Source of the DNA: a virus
Lineage: Duplodnaviria; Caudoviricetes
Strand: one strand, 5' to 3'
IMG/VR virus record: IMGVR_UViG_3300009873_000012
Location: 6,136 to 70,135 of that record
DNA: 64,000 nucleotides
Shown here: in pieces, positions 1 to 9,525 of the stretch
Numbering within the stretch: the first letter of the stretch is position 1
Layout: the number at the start of each line of letters is the position of its first letter
Notes under the pieces: generated by a model
Databases searched by the model: none
Told to the model about the DNA's origin: nothing
What the model saw: the letters and a program-made list of their open reading frames with translations, nothing else
Translations under genes and position numbers: made by a program

Positions 1-2
1 AC

Positions 3-500
3 GAAATCGAGGACCTCCAACAGGACGCCTACTTTTGGGTTGTCTCGTGCCTCGACAACTATAATCCTGACAAAGGAACGCTCTTTTCCTTCTTATTTGT
101 GCAAATTCGGCGCCGCCTCATGAATTTAAGGAGAGATAAGCTCGAGCGGATTTCCCCCCCCTGTTATGAGTGCCCTCTCAACGCATACTGTGAAACCTCC
201 GGTTGTCTCGCGTTTAGTGAGCGCGAAGAATGCCCTCACTACTCCCTCTGGCTAGTGCGCAACTCTGCCAAGCGCAGCTTAATGGAACCGGTTTCCCTCA
301 TAGACGCGCCCTTTCACGAGGCGCCCCTCGAGCGCATTATAGAGGCGGAACGTATGGAGTTCGTCCGGGCTAAGCTCGAAGAACCCGGTTGTGAGAAAGT
401 TAAAGAGACTTTCGAGCGCGTACTTGCGGGTAAGCGAGTTTTCATTGCCGACCGCGAAGCTATGATGTTATGGGTGCTTCGCACAATGGAGGATTTCTAA
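3..500 (+). CDS. Sigma-70-family region-2-like transcription factor, 5' end truncated by the window edge
   Basis: Frame 3 is open from base 3 and reads EIEDLQQDAYFWVVSCLDNYNPDKGTLFSFLFVQIRRRLMNLRRD, matching the sigma region 2 pattern (EDLxQ...YDPxKG..F...I...L). A Cys cluster follows (CYECPLNAYC..C..C). The ORF track start at 99 is internal. Confidence 0.65.
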   Translation, partial: EIEDLQQDAYFWVVSCLDNYNPDKGTLFSFLFVQIRRRLMNLRRDKLERISPPCYECPLNAYCETSGCLAFSEREECPHYSLWLVRNSAKRSLMEPVSLIDAPFHEAPLERIIEAERMEFVRAKLEEPGCEKVKETFERVLAGKRVFIADREAMMLWVLRTMEDF

Positions 501-1384
501 TGGCATTTAAAGAGCGCGACCTAACAGACGAAGATTACGAAGTGATTAAAAATCATTATAAGAAGAAGACAGTGGGTCAAATAGCGAACCGCCTAAAATG
601 TCAAGTTGGGCAAGTACGCGACTATGTGAATACACTATCAGGAGTAGCGCCTGTTGAGGAGACACGGGGGCGTAAGACTCGACTTCCGGGCGACCCCAAA
701 CGCGAGAGCGACGTAATGCGCGAACTTCGAAAAAAAACATTTTTTAAAAATCTTGCCCTAGAGTTTTCCCCAGATGAAGTTGCGTTTTTCTGTGAACAAT
801 GGGCGCAAATCGTCCTCCAATTCGGTGGTGACATTCTTCCCTCTGAAGAACTTCAGCTCAAAGAAATGTTAACCTTGGAAATTTTAAAGGGGCGCATCCT
901 TGTAGAAAATCGCAAGTTTGCCCAAATTGAGAATGAGGCGCGCGCTCTCATAGAGGCTGCCCTCTCTACAGTTTCCGACGATGAAGACCCGCGCGTTAAA
1001 AACCGCCGCAAGGTCGAGATTATGGGGTGGAAGGGTGATATTAGTGAGGCTCGCAAGGTAATAGCGGATAATAACAAAACTATGATTGCGCTCGCAGAAA
1101 AGTCGCAAAAAATGCAGGAAGCTCTTAACTCATCCCGCCAACAGCGTACTAAGGATATGGAGCGCTCCAAATATGACTTTTTATCCTATTTACGACTACT
1201 CCAAGACTACGAGTTTAGAAAACACGCGGGCGAAGAGATGGAAATTATGAAGCGCGCCCAACGTAAGGCATTTGAGAAACACGGCTCTTACTATAAGTAT
1301 GCTGATAACCAGCTAGATTTACCGATTTTAAACGAGGAAAGTATTACGAGGGTTAAAGATGAAAGTACTGATAACGGGGATTAA
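500..1384 (+). CDS. Putative terminase small subunit (N-terminal HTH, coiled coil)
   Basis: The ATG at 500 overlaps the upstream TAA (TAATG). An HTH-like segment (KTVGQIANRLKCQVGQVRDYV) is followed by a long helical region, and the gene lies just upstream of the large terminase. Function is inferred from position. Confidence 0.45.
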   Translation: MAFKERDLTDEDYEVIKNHYKKKTVGQIANRLKCQVGQVRDYVNTLSGVAPVEETRGRKTRLPGDPKRESDVMRELRKKTFFKNLALEFSPDEVAFFCEQWAQIVLQFGGDILPSEELQLKEMLTLEILKGRILVENRKFAQIENEARALIEAALSTVSDDEDPRVKNRRKVEIMGWKGDISEARKVIADNNKTMIALAEKSQKMQEALNSSRQQRTKDMERSKYDFLSYLRLLQDYEFRKHAGEEMEIMKRAQRKAFEKHGSYYKYADNQLDLPILNEESITRVKDESTDNGD

Positions 1385-2321
1385 TGGGCAACTGGGCTGG
1401 TACGCCCAACAATTATGGGCGTCACAAGGTTATGAGGTAGTTGGAACAACGCGGACTTCCTCCACTAGGATGAGCGGTGACAATCGCGAACTCGATATTT
1501 TGGACAGCTCGGCGGTTTCCGCCCTAGTTCGTGAAACGAGCCCTGACTATCTCATTCACTATGCCGCCCAATCTATGGTGGGGACATCCTTTGCGCAGCC
1601 CTCCTTAACTATGGGCGCCAACGTAGATGGCTCTTTAAACATTTTAGAGGCGCTTCGCACTCATTCACCCGGCACGCGCTCTGTCTTCCTGGCAACCTCC
1701 GAGATGTTCGGGCGTGAATACACCCACAGTGATGGTAATGTACGTTATCAAAATGAGCTTACCCCTATGATACCCGTCTCTCCTTACGGAGTGAGTAAGC
1801 TCGCCATGTATCACTTAGTACGCATTTATCGAGAGTCCTACGGACTCCCGGTGTATAGCGCCATCCAATTTAACTCAGAGTCGCCACGAAGGGGCGCCTA
1901 TTTTGTTACGCGAAAAATTACAAGCTGGCTAGGTAAATACAAGGCAAACTCTGGTAAGTGCGAGCGCCTCCCTCTCGGAAACGTAGACGGGGTCTATAGG
2001 GATTGGAGTCACGCTTTAGACAGTGTGCGCGCCCACTACTTAATGGCGGTTTACGGAGATACTGATTATGTGGTGGGGTCGGGCGAGACACACTCTCTTA
2101 GTGAGTTTCTAGAGCGCGCCTTTAAACACGCGGGAGTCGATGACGTATACTCGCACTTCTATCAAGATGAACGCTTTATGAGACCAAATGAACTTTTTTA
2201 CCTTGCCTCCGACCCATCAAAGATAAAGCGCGAATTAGGGTGGGAGCCGCAAATCTCGTTTGACGATCTAATTAAAGAAATGGTAGAGAATGATGTTCAG
2301 CTTTTTTCAAAAAATGTTTAG
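1359..2321 (+). CDS. gmd: GDP-mannose 4,6-dehydratase
   Basis: Rossmann motif TGINGQLG, AAQSxV, TSEMFG, catalytic YGVSK, NSESPRRG.FVTRKIT, RDWSHA, GDPSK-like ASDPSKIKRELGWEP. Confidence 0.9.
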   Translation: MKVLITGINGQLGWYAQQLWASQGYEVVGTTRTSSTRMSGDNRELDILDSSAVSALVRETSPDYLIHYAAQSMVGTSFAQPSLTMGANVDGSLNILEALRTHSPGTRSVFLATSEMFGREYTHSDGNVRYQNELTPMIPVSPYGVSKLAMYHLVRIYRESYGLPVYSAIQFNSESPRRGAYFVTRKITSWLGKYKANSGKCERLPLGNVDGVYRDWSHALDSVRAHYLMAVYGDTDYVVGSGETHSLSEFLERAFKHAGVDDVYSHFYQDERFMRPNELFYLASDPSKIKRELGWEPQISFDDLIKEMVENDVQLFSKNV

Positions 2322-2505
2322 TTGGTCTGTTGTTAATCCAGAACTTGCTCTGTTACGGCGTATTTTTACCACAGAAAAACAGCTTTTTCTATTGACCGAG
2401 CGCCAGCTCCTTGAAATTGCGAGCGCACTCAATTTAGAGGCTACTATAGAGGATTTAAAGAGGGATACCGTCGCCAAAATTTGGAGGTCTATATCGACAT
2501 TTTAA
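2290..2505 (+). CDS. Small hypothetical protein
   Basis: 71-aa ORF that fills the gap between gmd and the ERCC4 gene with short overlaps. The start could be the Met at 2314. Confidence 0.5.
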   Translation: MMFSFFQKMFSWSVVNPELALLRRIFTTEKQLFLLTERQLLEIASALNLEATIEDLKRDTVAKIWRSISTF

Positions 2506-2942
2506 TTGATACGCGCGAGAAAAACCCCTATGAATTTGCACGCGCTAACGTAGAACGCATTAAACTAGAAACGGGCGACTATACACTTCGCGGATATGAG
2601 AATATACTCGCTATTGAACACAAAGCTTCCTGCTCTGAGTTGGCAGGTAACGTCACAGAAAAACGCTATGTAAACTGGACGTCGCGCCTTGCAGCCTTTC
2701 CACATAAATTCCTTATTTGTGATTTTTCACTCCATGACATACAGGTTTACCCGGCGGGCGCCAATATACCGCGCCGATTGCGACGTAAAGTAAGAATACG
2801 GGGACCCTTCATATTAAAAAAGCTAGGCGAGCTAGAAGAACTGGGAATTAATATCATATTGGCTGGAAATAGAGAAAGTGCAAAGCAATTTATTTTAGAC
2901 ATTTTTGAGAGGGCTTTAAATGGAAAACTTGATCAAGTTTGA
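2481..2942 (+). CDS. ERCC4/XPF-domain nuclease
   Basis: IDTREK..., LETGDY, AIEHK (ExK motif), then ELAGN...RL, and FLICDFS. Confidence 0.8.
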   Translation: MEVYIDILIDTREKNPYEFARANVERIKLETGDYTLRGYENILAIEHKASCSELAGNVTEKRYVNWTSRLAAFPHKFLICDFSLHDIQVYPAGANIPRRLRRKVRIRGPFILKKLGELEELGINIILAGNRESAKQFILDIFERALNGKLDQV

Positions 2943-4953
2943 TGTGGCGTCAGATGCGTGGTTAGGTTTAGACGACAATGATTATCTCATTCAAGACAAT
3001 CCGCTCTTAGGAATGGAGCCCGAGGACTTCTTCCGCAAAAATTTAGGCACCTATGAAATTTCATTATTGCGCAATCCTGACTACCTTGGGTACACCGCCT
3101 GGGTGATCCTCGGCATGAAAATACCGCCGTTTCAACAACTTATTCTGCGCGAACTTTGGACGCGTCCCTTCCCCATGTTGATCGGATCGCGCGGTCTATC
3201 TAAGACTACGTGCCTCGCCCTATATTCGTTATTACGCTGTCTTTTATATCCCGACTACAAAATAGTGGTGGCGGGCGCCTCCTTCCGTCAATCTAAAATG
3301 ATATTTGAGTATGTTGAGAATATGTTTCACACTTCGCCTGTTCTTCGCTCGATGTGCCGCCAAAAAGACGGCGCCGTTAGAAATGCCGATAAGTGGGAGT
3401 TTCATATTAATGACTCGCTAATTACGGCGATCCCCATTGGTCCTACCGGTGATAAAGTGCGAGGTTTGCGTGCTAACTCTGTAATTTGCGATGAGTTCTC
3501 CTCACATACCCCGCAAATCGTAGAAGAGGTTCTGTTCGGGTTCGGTGTAGTCTCTAGTACTCCCGTAGAAAAATTAATTAATATTGCGCGCCGCGAAAAA
3601 ATGCAGCAAATGGGGTGCGATATGACCGAGCTAGAAGCCCTTAAAGATATAGGCTATAGCAATCAATCTATTATTGCCGGTACGGCTGACTATTACTTTA
3701 ATCACTTTTATGATTATTGGATGCGTTATAAGCGCATTATAGAAAGTAAGGGTGACCCCCAAAAATTAAAGGATGTTCCTGGTGCTGACTCTGAGGCATT
3801 TGATTGGAAAGACTTCTCTGTTATTAGAATTCCCTACTCGATGTTGCCTAAGGGCTTCATGGATGACAAAGTTATAGCGCGCGCCCGCTCTCAAATGAGC
3901 ACGAGTTTGTACAAAAAGGAGTACGAGGCTATCTTTATTGAGGATTCAGATGGGTTTTTCAAGCGCTCAATCATAGAGGCGTGTACAGCTAAAGAAAAGA
4001 ATATAAGTAAGGAGAGTTGGGTAGAGTGGTGTCCTACCCCTTTTGATCCCGTAAGGGCGGGCGATAAAAACCGCCATTACGTATATGGAATAGATCCCGC
4101 CTCTGAAGCCGACAATTTTGCCGTTACCATTTTAGAGTGTTATAAAGATCATGCTCGCGTAGTATACGTTTGGACTACAAATAGGTCAGACTTTATAGAG
4201 CGCCAAAAAGCGGGCTATACAAAAATAGAAGATTATTACAACTTTGTTGTGAGGAAGGTGCGCGATCTCATGAAAATATTTCCCTGTATGGGAATTTCCA
4301 TAGATGCCCAAGGTGGTGGGCGCGCTGTTATAGAGGCATTCCACAATAAAAACTATTTAGAGGGGAATGAGGAACAAATTTGGGAGACCAAAGATCCTAA
4401 TAAACCCAAAGACAGTGATGACAAGCGCGGTATTCATATTTTGGAAGCTATAGAGTTCTCCAATTATACTTGGTTAAGAGATGCCAATTACAATTTATTA
4501 AAAGACATGGAGACAAAAACCCTTTTATTTCCGCGCTTTGATAATGCTTCCGTAGAACTATCCGTTATTGAGGATATGGCGCGCTCTGAACGTTTTCAGC
4601 GGGATAATCCGGGCAAAAAAATCAAACTTTTTGACTCCCTTGAGGATGTTCTCGAAGAGGTAGAGCGCCTAAAAGACGAACTTACAAATATTATTCATAA
4701 GAGGGGCGGCTCAAAAGGACGTGAAAAGTGGGTAGTTCCAGATGTATCCGACGAGCGAATTACTAAGAAGAGCGGGCAAAAAGACAGGTATACCGCCCTT
4801 TTACTCGCCAACGATAAGGCGCGCCGCATACGAAACGAAGAGGTGGTAGCGCACGAATATAATTATGGTGGCGGTCTAATTACAGATATTAAGGCGAATG
4901 GCGGCGAACTTTATAGTGGTCCTACATGGTTCACTGATAAATTTTATCGATGA
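2920..4953 (+). CDS. terL: Terminase large subunit
   Basis: Walker A-like GSRGLSKT, Walker B VICDEF, nuclease motifs YGIDPASEADNFA and KDRYTALLLA; 677 aa; upstream of portal. Confidence 0.9.
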   Translation: MENLIKFDVASDAWLGLDDNDYLIQDNPLLGMEPEDFFRKNLGTYEISLLRNPDYLGYTAWVILGMKIPPFQQLILRELWTRPFPMLIGSRGLSKTTCLALYSLLRCLLYPDYKIVVAGASFRQSKMIFEYVENMFHTSPVLRSMCRQKDGAVRNADKWEFHINDSLITAIPIGPTGDKVRGLRANSVICDEFSSHTPQIVEEVLFGFGVVSSTPVEKLINIARREKMQQMGCDMTELEALKDIGYSNQSIIAGTADYYFNHFYDYWMRYKRIIESKGDPQKLKDVPGADSEAFDWKDFSVIRIPYSMLPKGFMDDKVIARARSQMSTSLYKKEYEAIFIEDSDGFFKRSIIEACTAKEKNISKESWVEWCPTPFDPVRAGDKNRHYVYGIDPASEADNFAVTILECYKDHARVVYVWTTNRSDFIERQKAGYTKIEDYYNFVVRKVRDLMKIFPCMGISIDAQGGGRAVIEAFHNKNYLEGNEEQIWETKDPNKPKDSDDKRGIHILEAIEFSNYTWLRDANYNLLKDMETKTLLFPRFDNASVELSVIEDMARSERFQRDNPGKKIKLFDSLEDVLEEVERLKDELTNIIHKRGGSKGREKWVVPDVSDERITKKSGQKDRYTALLLANDKARRIRNEEVVAHEYNYGGGLITDIKANGGELYSGPTWFTDKFYR

Positions 4954-5057
4954 AATTTAAGCATTTATGAAAATCAGAAGAATGTGGAGTAGGCAGTGAA
5001 GGCATTTAAGTATAGGATTTTTCCCAATGGCAATACTTCAACGATAATACTATTGTC

Positions 5058-5069
5058 GGTGTATATAAT
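5058..5069 (+). promoter_or_regulatory. Putative phage late promoter element GGTGTATATAAT
   Basis: Lies in the intergenic gap, followed by AAAGGAG and the ATG at 5093. The same motif recurs upstream of five other starts. Confidence 0.6.
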
Positions 5070-5092
5070 ACTATTAAAGGAGAAACAAAATA

Positions 5093-6937
5093 ATGTCGCA
5101 TATTTTCTACATTAATAATGACAATAGTGGGTTCACCGGAGTCGGTGGCTCTTATTCTACAGGTTCCGCCAAAGAGATGGAATCTGAGCCAGTTGAATTT
5201 TTGGGTGGCGAGAGTGGCGAACCAGACACCGGTGGCTGTTGCGGCGGAAGTTCTGCCGACATAGACATTAGTGGATGTTGTGACCAGCTCGTAGATAATG
5301 GAGATGGAACATTTACATTTACTCCTTTATTGGACCCCCCTTTCACAGTTTATGGCGGGCTATCCTCGGTCACCCATAATGCGGGCAACTACGTTTTTGA
5401 GGACGAAGAGGGCACCTCTACAACTATAGGTTATGATATTACGGCAGTTGGTGCTGAAATTCGCCTTTTATCTCAAGCTGGCACTCAAACTAGTGCAGTA
5501 AACGTTTGTACATTAATTAATGATAATTGTAATGTTGGTGTGGCGCTTTCGCTAGTAAGCGGAAATCAACTTAAATTACATGATGGAGCGGGTGACGTTC
5601 TAAGTGCGGTAATTTTGCCTAGCGGCGCATCTGGTGGCGAAACAGTCACCATGATCTCGCAAAATATTCCTGGTGGCTCATTTACTTATACTAATGAGTT
5701 GGGCGCGCCAGAACTAGTGAGTATTTGTACGCTTGCTTATAGCGGTTGCGACTTGGGTACCGAGCTAACTTATACTTCTGGAACGCGCACTCTCGAACTA
5801 TTAAACGGTAAGGGCGACTCAATAAGTAGCGTTATACTTCCTTCCGGCTATACTACAGATATTACGCGCAGTGGTGGAAACTACTTATATAGTAATGGGG
5901 CGGGTCAGACTCTTACTATTGGGTATGATATAAATACGTCGGGCTCTTCAATTCAGCTCGTGGATGCAAGTGGCACGGTAGCTAGTTCAGTCGACGTTTG
6001 TACTTTAGTTACCTCAAACTGTAATGTGGCTACCAATCTAACTATTGTTGGTGATACACTCTCCTTAAGGGACGGGCAAAATGACGTGCTTGCTACTGCA
6101 GCGGTGCCCGTAACTTCTATTACGCGAAGCGGCGGCAATTACTTATATGACAATGATAATGGTCAAACTTTGACTATTGGATATGATATTGATACGGTTG
6201 GTACGGCGATTCGCTTGCTCGATGCCAGCGGTACCGTAGCCAGTTCTGTTGATGTTTGCGCGCTTATTACTGCTAACTGTAATGTTGGTACTTCACTATC
6301 TATCTCTACTTCTAATTTATCTCTATTGGATGGGCAAACTGATACGTTGAGTACGGTGGCATTGCCAGTTACTACGATCTCTCGAAGTGGCGGCAATTAT
6401 ATTTATTCTAATGGGGCAGGTCAATCACTAACAATAGGATATGATATTCAGGCTAACGGAGCTAGCATAGAGTTGATAGACGCTAGCGGCACGGTTGCTA
6501 GTTCAGTTAATGTTTGCACTTTGGTGACTTCAAACTGTGATGTGGCGACTTCGCTTAACTTGGTTAGCGGCGATAAAATCCGCTTGATGGACGGGCAAGG
6601 CGACATGTTGAGTGTTGTTACGCTTCCTGCATCTAGTGCATGTATAGCCCCCGTCGATTATGGAATTGTTGGAACTATTCCTACTTCGGTACCCGGTCCA
6701 GCCAGTCATCACTTTTGGGCACTCGAACACTCGGGCGGTACATTAAGCTTAACAGCTTCTGCGGGAAATTTGGCAGCAGAAATTACTGGGGCTGGAGACT
6801 GTGATGAATTTCACATTTTGAATAAAGGTCCAGACGACATGACGTGGGAAAATGGTTATGGTTACACTTATACATTTTTTGAAGGAGACATCGTTAGCTT
6901 TGTAAAAATTCTTGGGACTAACTACGACTTGATATAG
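5093..6937 (+). CDS. Repeat-containing virion fibre/spike-like protein
   Basis: 614 aa rich in Gly, Ser and Thr, with 86-aa repeats each carrying VCxxxxxxC. It has a good RBS and a promoter motif. Confidence 0.6.
   Translation: MSHIFYINNDNSGFTGVGGSYSTGSAKEMESEPVEFLGGESGEPDTGGCCGGSSADIDISGCCDQLVDNGDGTFTFTPLLDPPFTVYGGLSSVTHNAGNYVFEDEEGTSTTIGYDITAVGAEIRLLSQAGTQTSAVNVCTLINDNCNVGVALSLVSGNQLKLHDGAGDVLSAVILPSGASGGETVTMISQNIPGGSFTYTNELGAPELVSICTLAYSGCDLGTELTYTSGTRTLELLNGKGDSISSVILPSGYTTDITRSGGNYLYSNGAGQTLTIGYDINTSGSSIQLVDASGTVASSVDVCTLVTSNCNVATNLTIVGDTLSLRDGQNDVLATAAVPVTSITRSGGNYLYDNDNGQTLTIGYDIDTVGTAIRLLDASGTVASSVDVCALITANCNVGTSLSISTSNLSLLDGQTDTLSTVALPVTTISRSGGNYIYSNGAGQSLTIGYDIQANGASIELIDASGTVASSVNVCTLVTSNCDVATSLNLVSGDKIRLMDGQGDMLSVVTLPASSACIAPVDYGIVGTIPTSVPGPASHHFWALEHSGGTLSLTASAGNLAAEITGAGDCDEFHILNKGPDDMTWENGYGYTYTFFEGDIVSFVKILGTNYDLI
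5372..6640 (+). repeat. Coding tandem repeats of 258 nt / 86 aa
   Basis: Three well-conserved units start at 5864, 6122 and 6380 (258 nt spacing; (T/S)RSGGNY.Y...GQ.LTIGYDI...I.L.DASGTVASSV.VC.L.T.NC.V.T.L....L.L.DGQ.D.L....P). A diverged unit starts at 5372 and a partial unit lies between. Confidence 0.9.
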
Positions 6938-6947
6938 GATTTTTTAA

Positions 6948-8954
6948 ATGGAAAAAGTAAATCAAGAAGAGTATTACAGCGCTATAGCCTCAATTGGTGA
7001 TAATGGATTTTATACCAATGTGGACGGGCGCGGTACCTCAATGCGCCATGATTATTCATATAGTGATTATAGCGCAGAAAAACCATCTTTAGTTTTACCG
7101 CGTACACAGCGCGATATAATTCTAACTATGGATGAAGTCTACGAGAATTTTGGCTTAATCAAACAAATTATAGATTTGATGGCTGACTTTGTAATTCAAG
7201 GTATACGTATTGTACATCCGCGCCCTAACATTCAAGAGTTTTATGAAAATTGGTTTAATAGGGTTGACGGGCTTCACGTATCAGATAGGATAGCGACCGG
7301 CTTATTTAAGCACGGAACATGTATAGTAAGGCGTAAGTATGCTTCTCTAAATAAGAAATTAGAGCGCGACATAAAAACCGCGCGCGCTGACTTAGAACCT
7401 TTAGAAATACCGCGCCGATCTATACCGTGCCGCTATTCATTTTTAAATCCCGCCGTAGTAGATGTAGTCGGCGGTAGTATTTCGTCTTTTGTCTCTGGCA
7501 ATAAAATTTATGGAATTGTACTACCAGAAACCATCAAATCAATGATTTTAAATCCCTCAACAACGGAAGAAGCTAGCGCAATAAATGCACTTCCAGAGGA
7601 AATAAGGGCGGCTGCCAGAAAAGACGGGATTTTCCCTCTCTCAGTCAACGATACCATCGTACTCCACTATAAGAAGGACGACTGGAAAAATTGGGCTAAA
7701 CCCATCATTTATTCTATTTTAAAAAATGTGTTTTTGTTGGAGAAGATGCAGCTGGCGGACTTTTCCGCATTAGATGGCGCTATAGATAGAGTAAGAATTA
7801 TTAAGTTGGGTGATCTAGAACACCAGTTAGTGCCCAACTCTGACGCGTTTGCCAAACTAAGAGATGCCTTACAAGGAAATGTAGGTGCTGGAGTTAGAAC
7901 TATTTTGTGGGGACCCGACATTAAGATGGAGGAAAGTCAAACTGACATTCACCAATTTTTAGGCGACGACAAATATAAACCCGCTCTTAATGGAATTTAT
8001 GGTGGAATGGGTATCCCTCCTACTCTAACAGGTAGTGAAAATAGTGGGGGTGGTACTACAAATAACTTAGTTTCTCTTAAAGCGCTAGTTAAGCGCTTAG
8101 ATTATGTGCGAAATCAAGTAGTGAGATTTTGGACACGAGAACTTACAATTTTAAAGAAAATATTAGGGCATAACCAGAATGCCGAGATAGAGTTCGATAT
8201 TGCAAACTTTGGTGACGAAGAGGCGGAAAAGAAACTTTGGATTGATTTGGCAGACCGCAACATTATTAGTCACGAAGCTCTTCAAGTTAGATTTGGCGCC
8301 AAGCCCGAAGTTGAAGAAGCTCGTATGCAACGTGCCGAAAAAATGCGTAGTAGCAAGAGGCGCGCTCCTAAAGCTGGTCCGTGGCATAACCCAGAATGGG
8401 AAAGGATGGCTCAAAAATCCTTATTAGATAAAGGAGTGGTGGACCCTTCACAAATAGGAGTTCGCCTAGAGGAAAAGGGTGATGACGACCTGAACGAGGT
8501 TGGCGTTACTGCGCCGACTCCCAAAACCGAGCCGGCACCAAAATTGGACAATCCTGGGGGAAGACCCGCCAATACAAAGGACTCGTTACCGAGAAAGCGC
8601 CGCCTCTTTAAGACACAAGTGCGCGCTACAAAAATTTGGGCTGATGATTGTCACGCCGCCTTAGATGATCTAATTAATCCTTTTATTCTTAATCAATTTA
8701 AAAAGAAAAATATGCGTAGTTTATCCAAGGAAGAAATACTTTTGTCTGAAAGATTGAAGTTGAGTGCATTCTTTGGATTAAAGTTAAATCAAGAAATTGA
8801 TCCGAGCGTACTAAAAAGCTTAAATAATGATATGTATGAGGAATACCTCAAAAGTGTAAGCTCTATAGAGAGCGAACTAAATAAAAAGTTAACGCTAGAA
8901 GAAAAGCGCGATATAGCCTCAGATATGCTAGTGGAGAAATTTTATGTCATGTGA
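6948..8954 (+). CDS. Portal protein
   Basis: 668 aa downstream of terL, with a helical portal-like pattern (YENFGLIKQIIDLMADF..QG; WA.PIIYSIL....LEKMQLAD.SALDG; GIPPTL.G) and a Pro-rich C-terminal extension. Confidence 0.8.
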   Translation: MEKVNQEEYYSAIASIGDNGFYTNVDGRGTSMRHDYSYSDYSAEKPSLVLPRTQRDIILTMDEVYENFGLIKQIIDLMADFVIQGIRIVHPRPNIQEFYENWFNRVDGLHVSDRIATGLFKHGTCIVRRKYASLNKKLERDIKTARADLEPLEIPRRSIPCRYSFLNPAVVDVVGGSISSFVSGNKIYGIVLPETIKSMILNPSTTEEASAINALPEEIRAAARKDGIFPLSVNDTIVLHYKKDDWKNWAKPIIYSILKNVFLLEKMQLADFSALDGAIDRVRIIKLGDLEHQLVPNSDAFAKLRDALQGNVGAGVRTILWGPDIKMEESQTDIHQFLGDDKYKPALNGIYGGMGIPPTLTGSENSGGGTTNNLVSLKALVKRLDYVRNQVVRFWTRELTILKKILGHNQNAEIEFDIANFGDEEAEKKLWIDLADRNIISHEALQVRFGAKPEVEEARMQRAEKMRSSKRRAPKAGPWHNPEWERMAQKSLLDKGVVDPSQIGVRLEEKGDDDLNEVGVTAPTPKTEPAPKLDNPGGRPANTKDSLPRKRRLFKTQVRATKIWADDCHAALDDLINPFILNQFKKKNMRSLSKEEILLSERLKLSAFFGLKLNQEIDPSVLKSLNNDMYEEYLKSVSSIESELNKKLTLEEKRDIASDMLVEKFYVM

Positions 8955-9525
8955 TTGCTCAGGTAATGATGATATTCAACTTGATCCGAGCGGCTATGTA
9001 ACGCCTTCTGATGCGTGGAATACTTGTATTGTTAATATGGTGCGCGCACATATAGGTGACTATAGTGACCCGCCCGAGTACACAGATGAACGAATTTTAC
9101 AAATTGCCGCTGCCGCAGCCTATTTCGTTTCCGTCGATATAGCCAGCTGTGATGTGACGGCGCCCTCGGTCGCCTGTGATGGCACTATGTCGTTTGATCC
9201 AATGAGTTATCCCTCTTTTGTAAATTTAGTGGTTTTAAAGGCAGCCTGTATGTTAGACAGGGGAATGATGAGGTCGCGGTTTCAAACGGAAGGAATTGCC
9301 GCTACTTGTGGACCAGCCGCGTTAAGAATAACGGCGGGTTCTGGTGCTTATGACGCCTTCGCAAAGTTCGGTGCTTGCGCAGCTTACGCCGAACTGAAAA
9401 AAGAACTGTGTTTTATGGCGCCACTTAGAAGTGCGCGATGCGCCATCCAAATTGTTTCATTTTTTGTAAGCGATCATTATCATCCGGGTTGTTGTAACCC
9501 GTGTAGGGGACCACGACATGTATAA
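8944..9525 (+). CDS. Putative head-tail connector/adaptor
   Basis: Follows the portal gene; contains VRAHIGDYSDPPEYTDERILQIAAAAA and LVVLKAAC. 13 Cys in 193 aa. Confidence 0.5.
   Translation: MSCDCSGNDDIQLDPSGYVTPSDAWNTCIVNMVRAHIGDYSDPPEYTDERILQIAAAAAYFVSVDIASCDVTAPSVACDGTMSFDPMSYPSFVNLVVLKAACMLDRGMMRSRFQTEGIAATCGPAALRITAGSGAYDAFAKFGACAAYAELKKELCFMAPLRSARCAIQIVSFFVSDHYHPGCCNPCRGPRHV

Noticed and set aside
4954-5057. tRNA or structured ncRNA in the largest intergenic gap
   Set aside because: No cloverleaf, T-loop (GTTCRA) or stable stem was found; only tiny ORFs are present.
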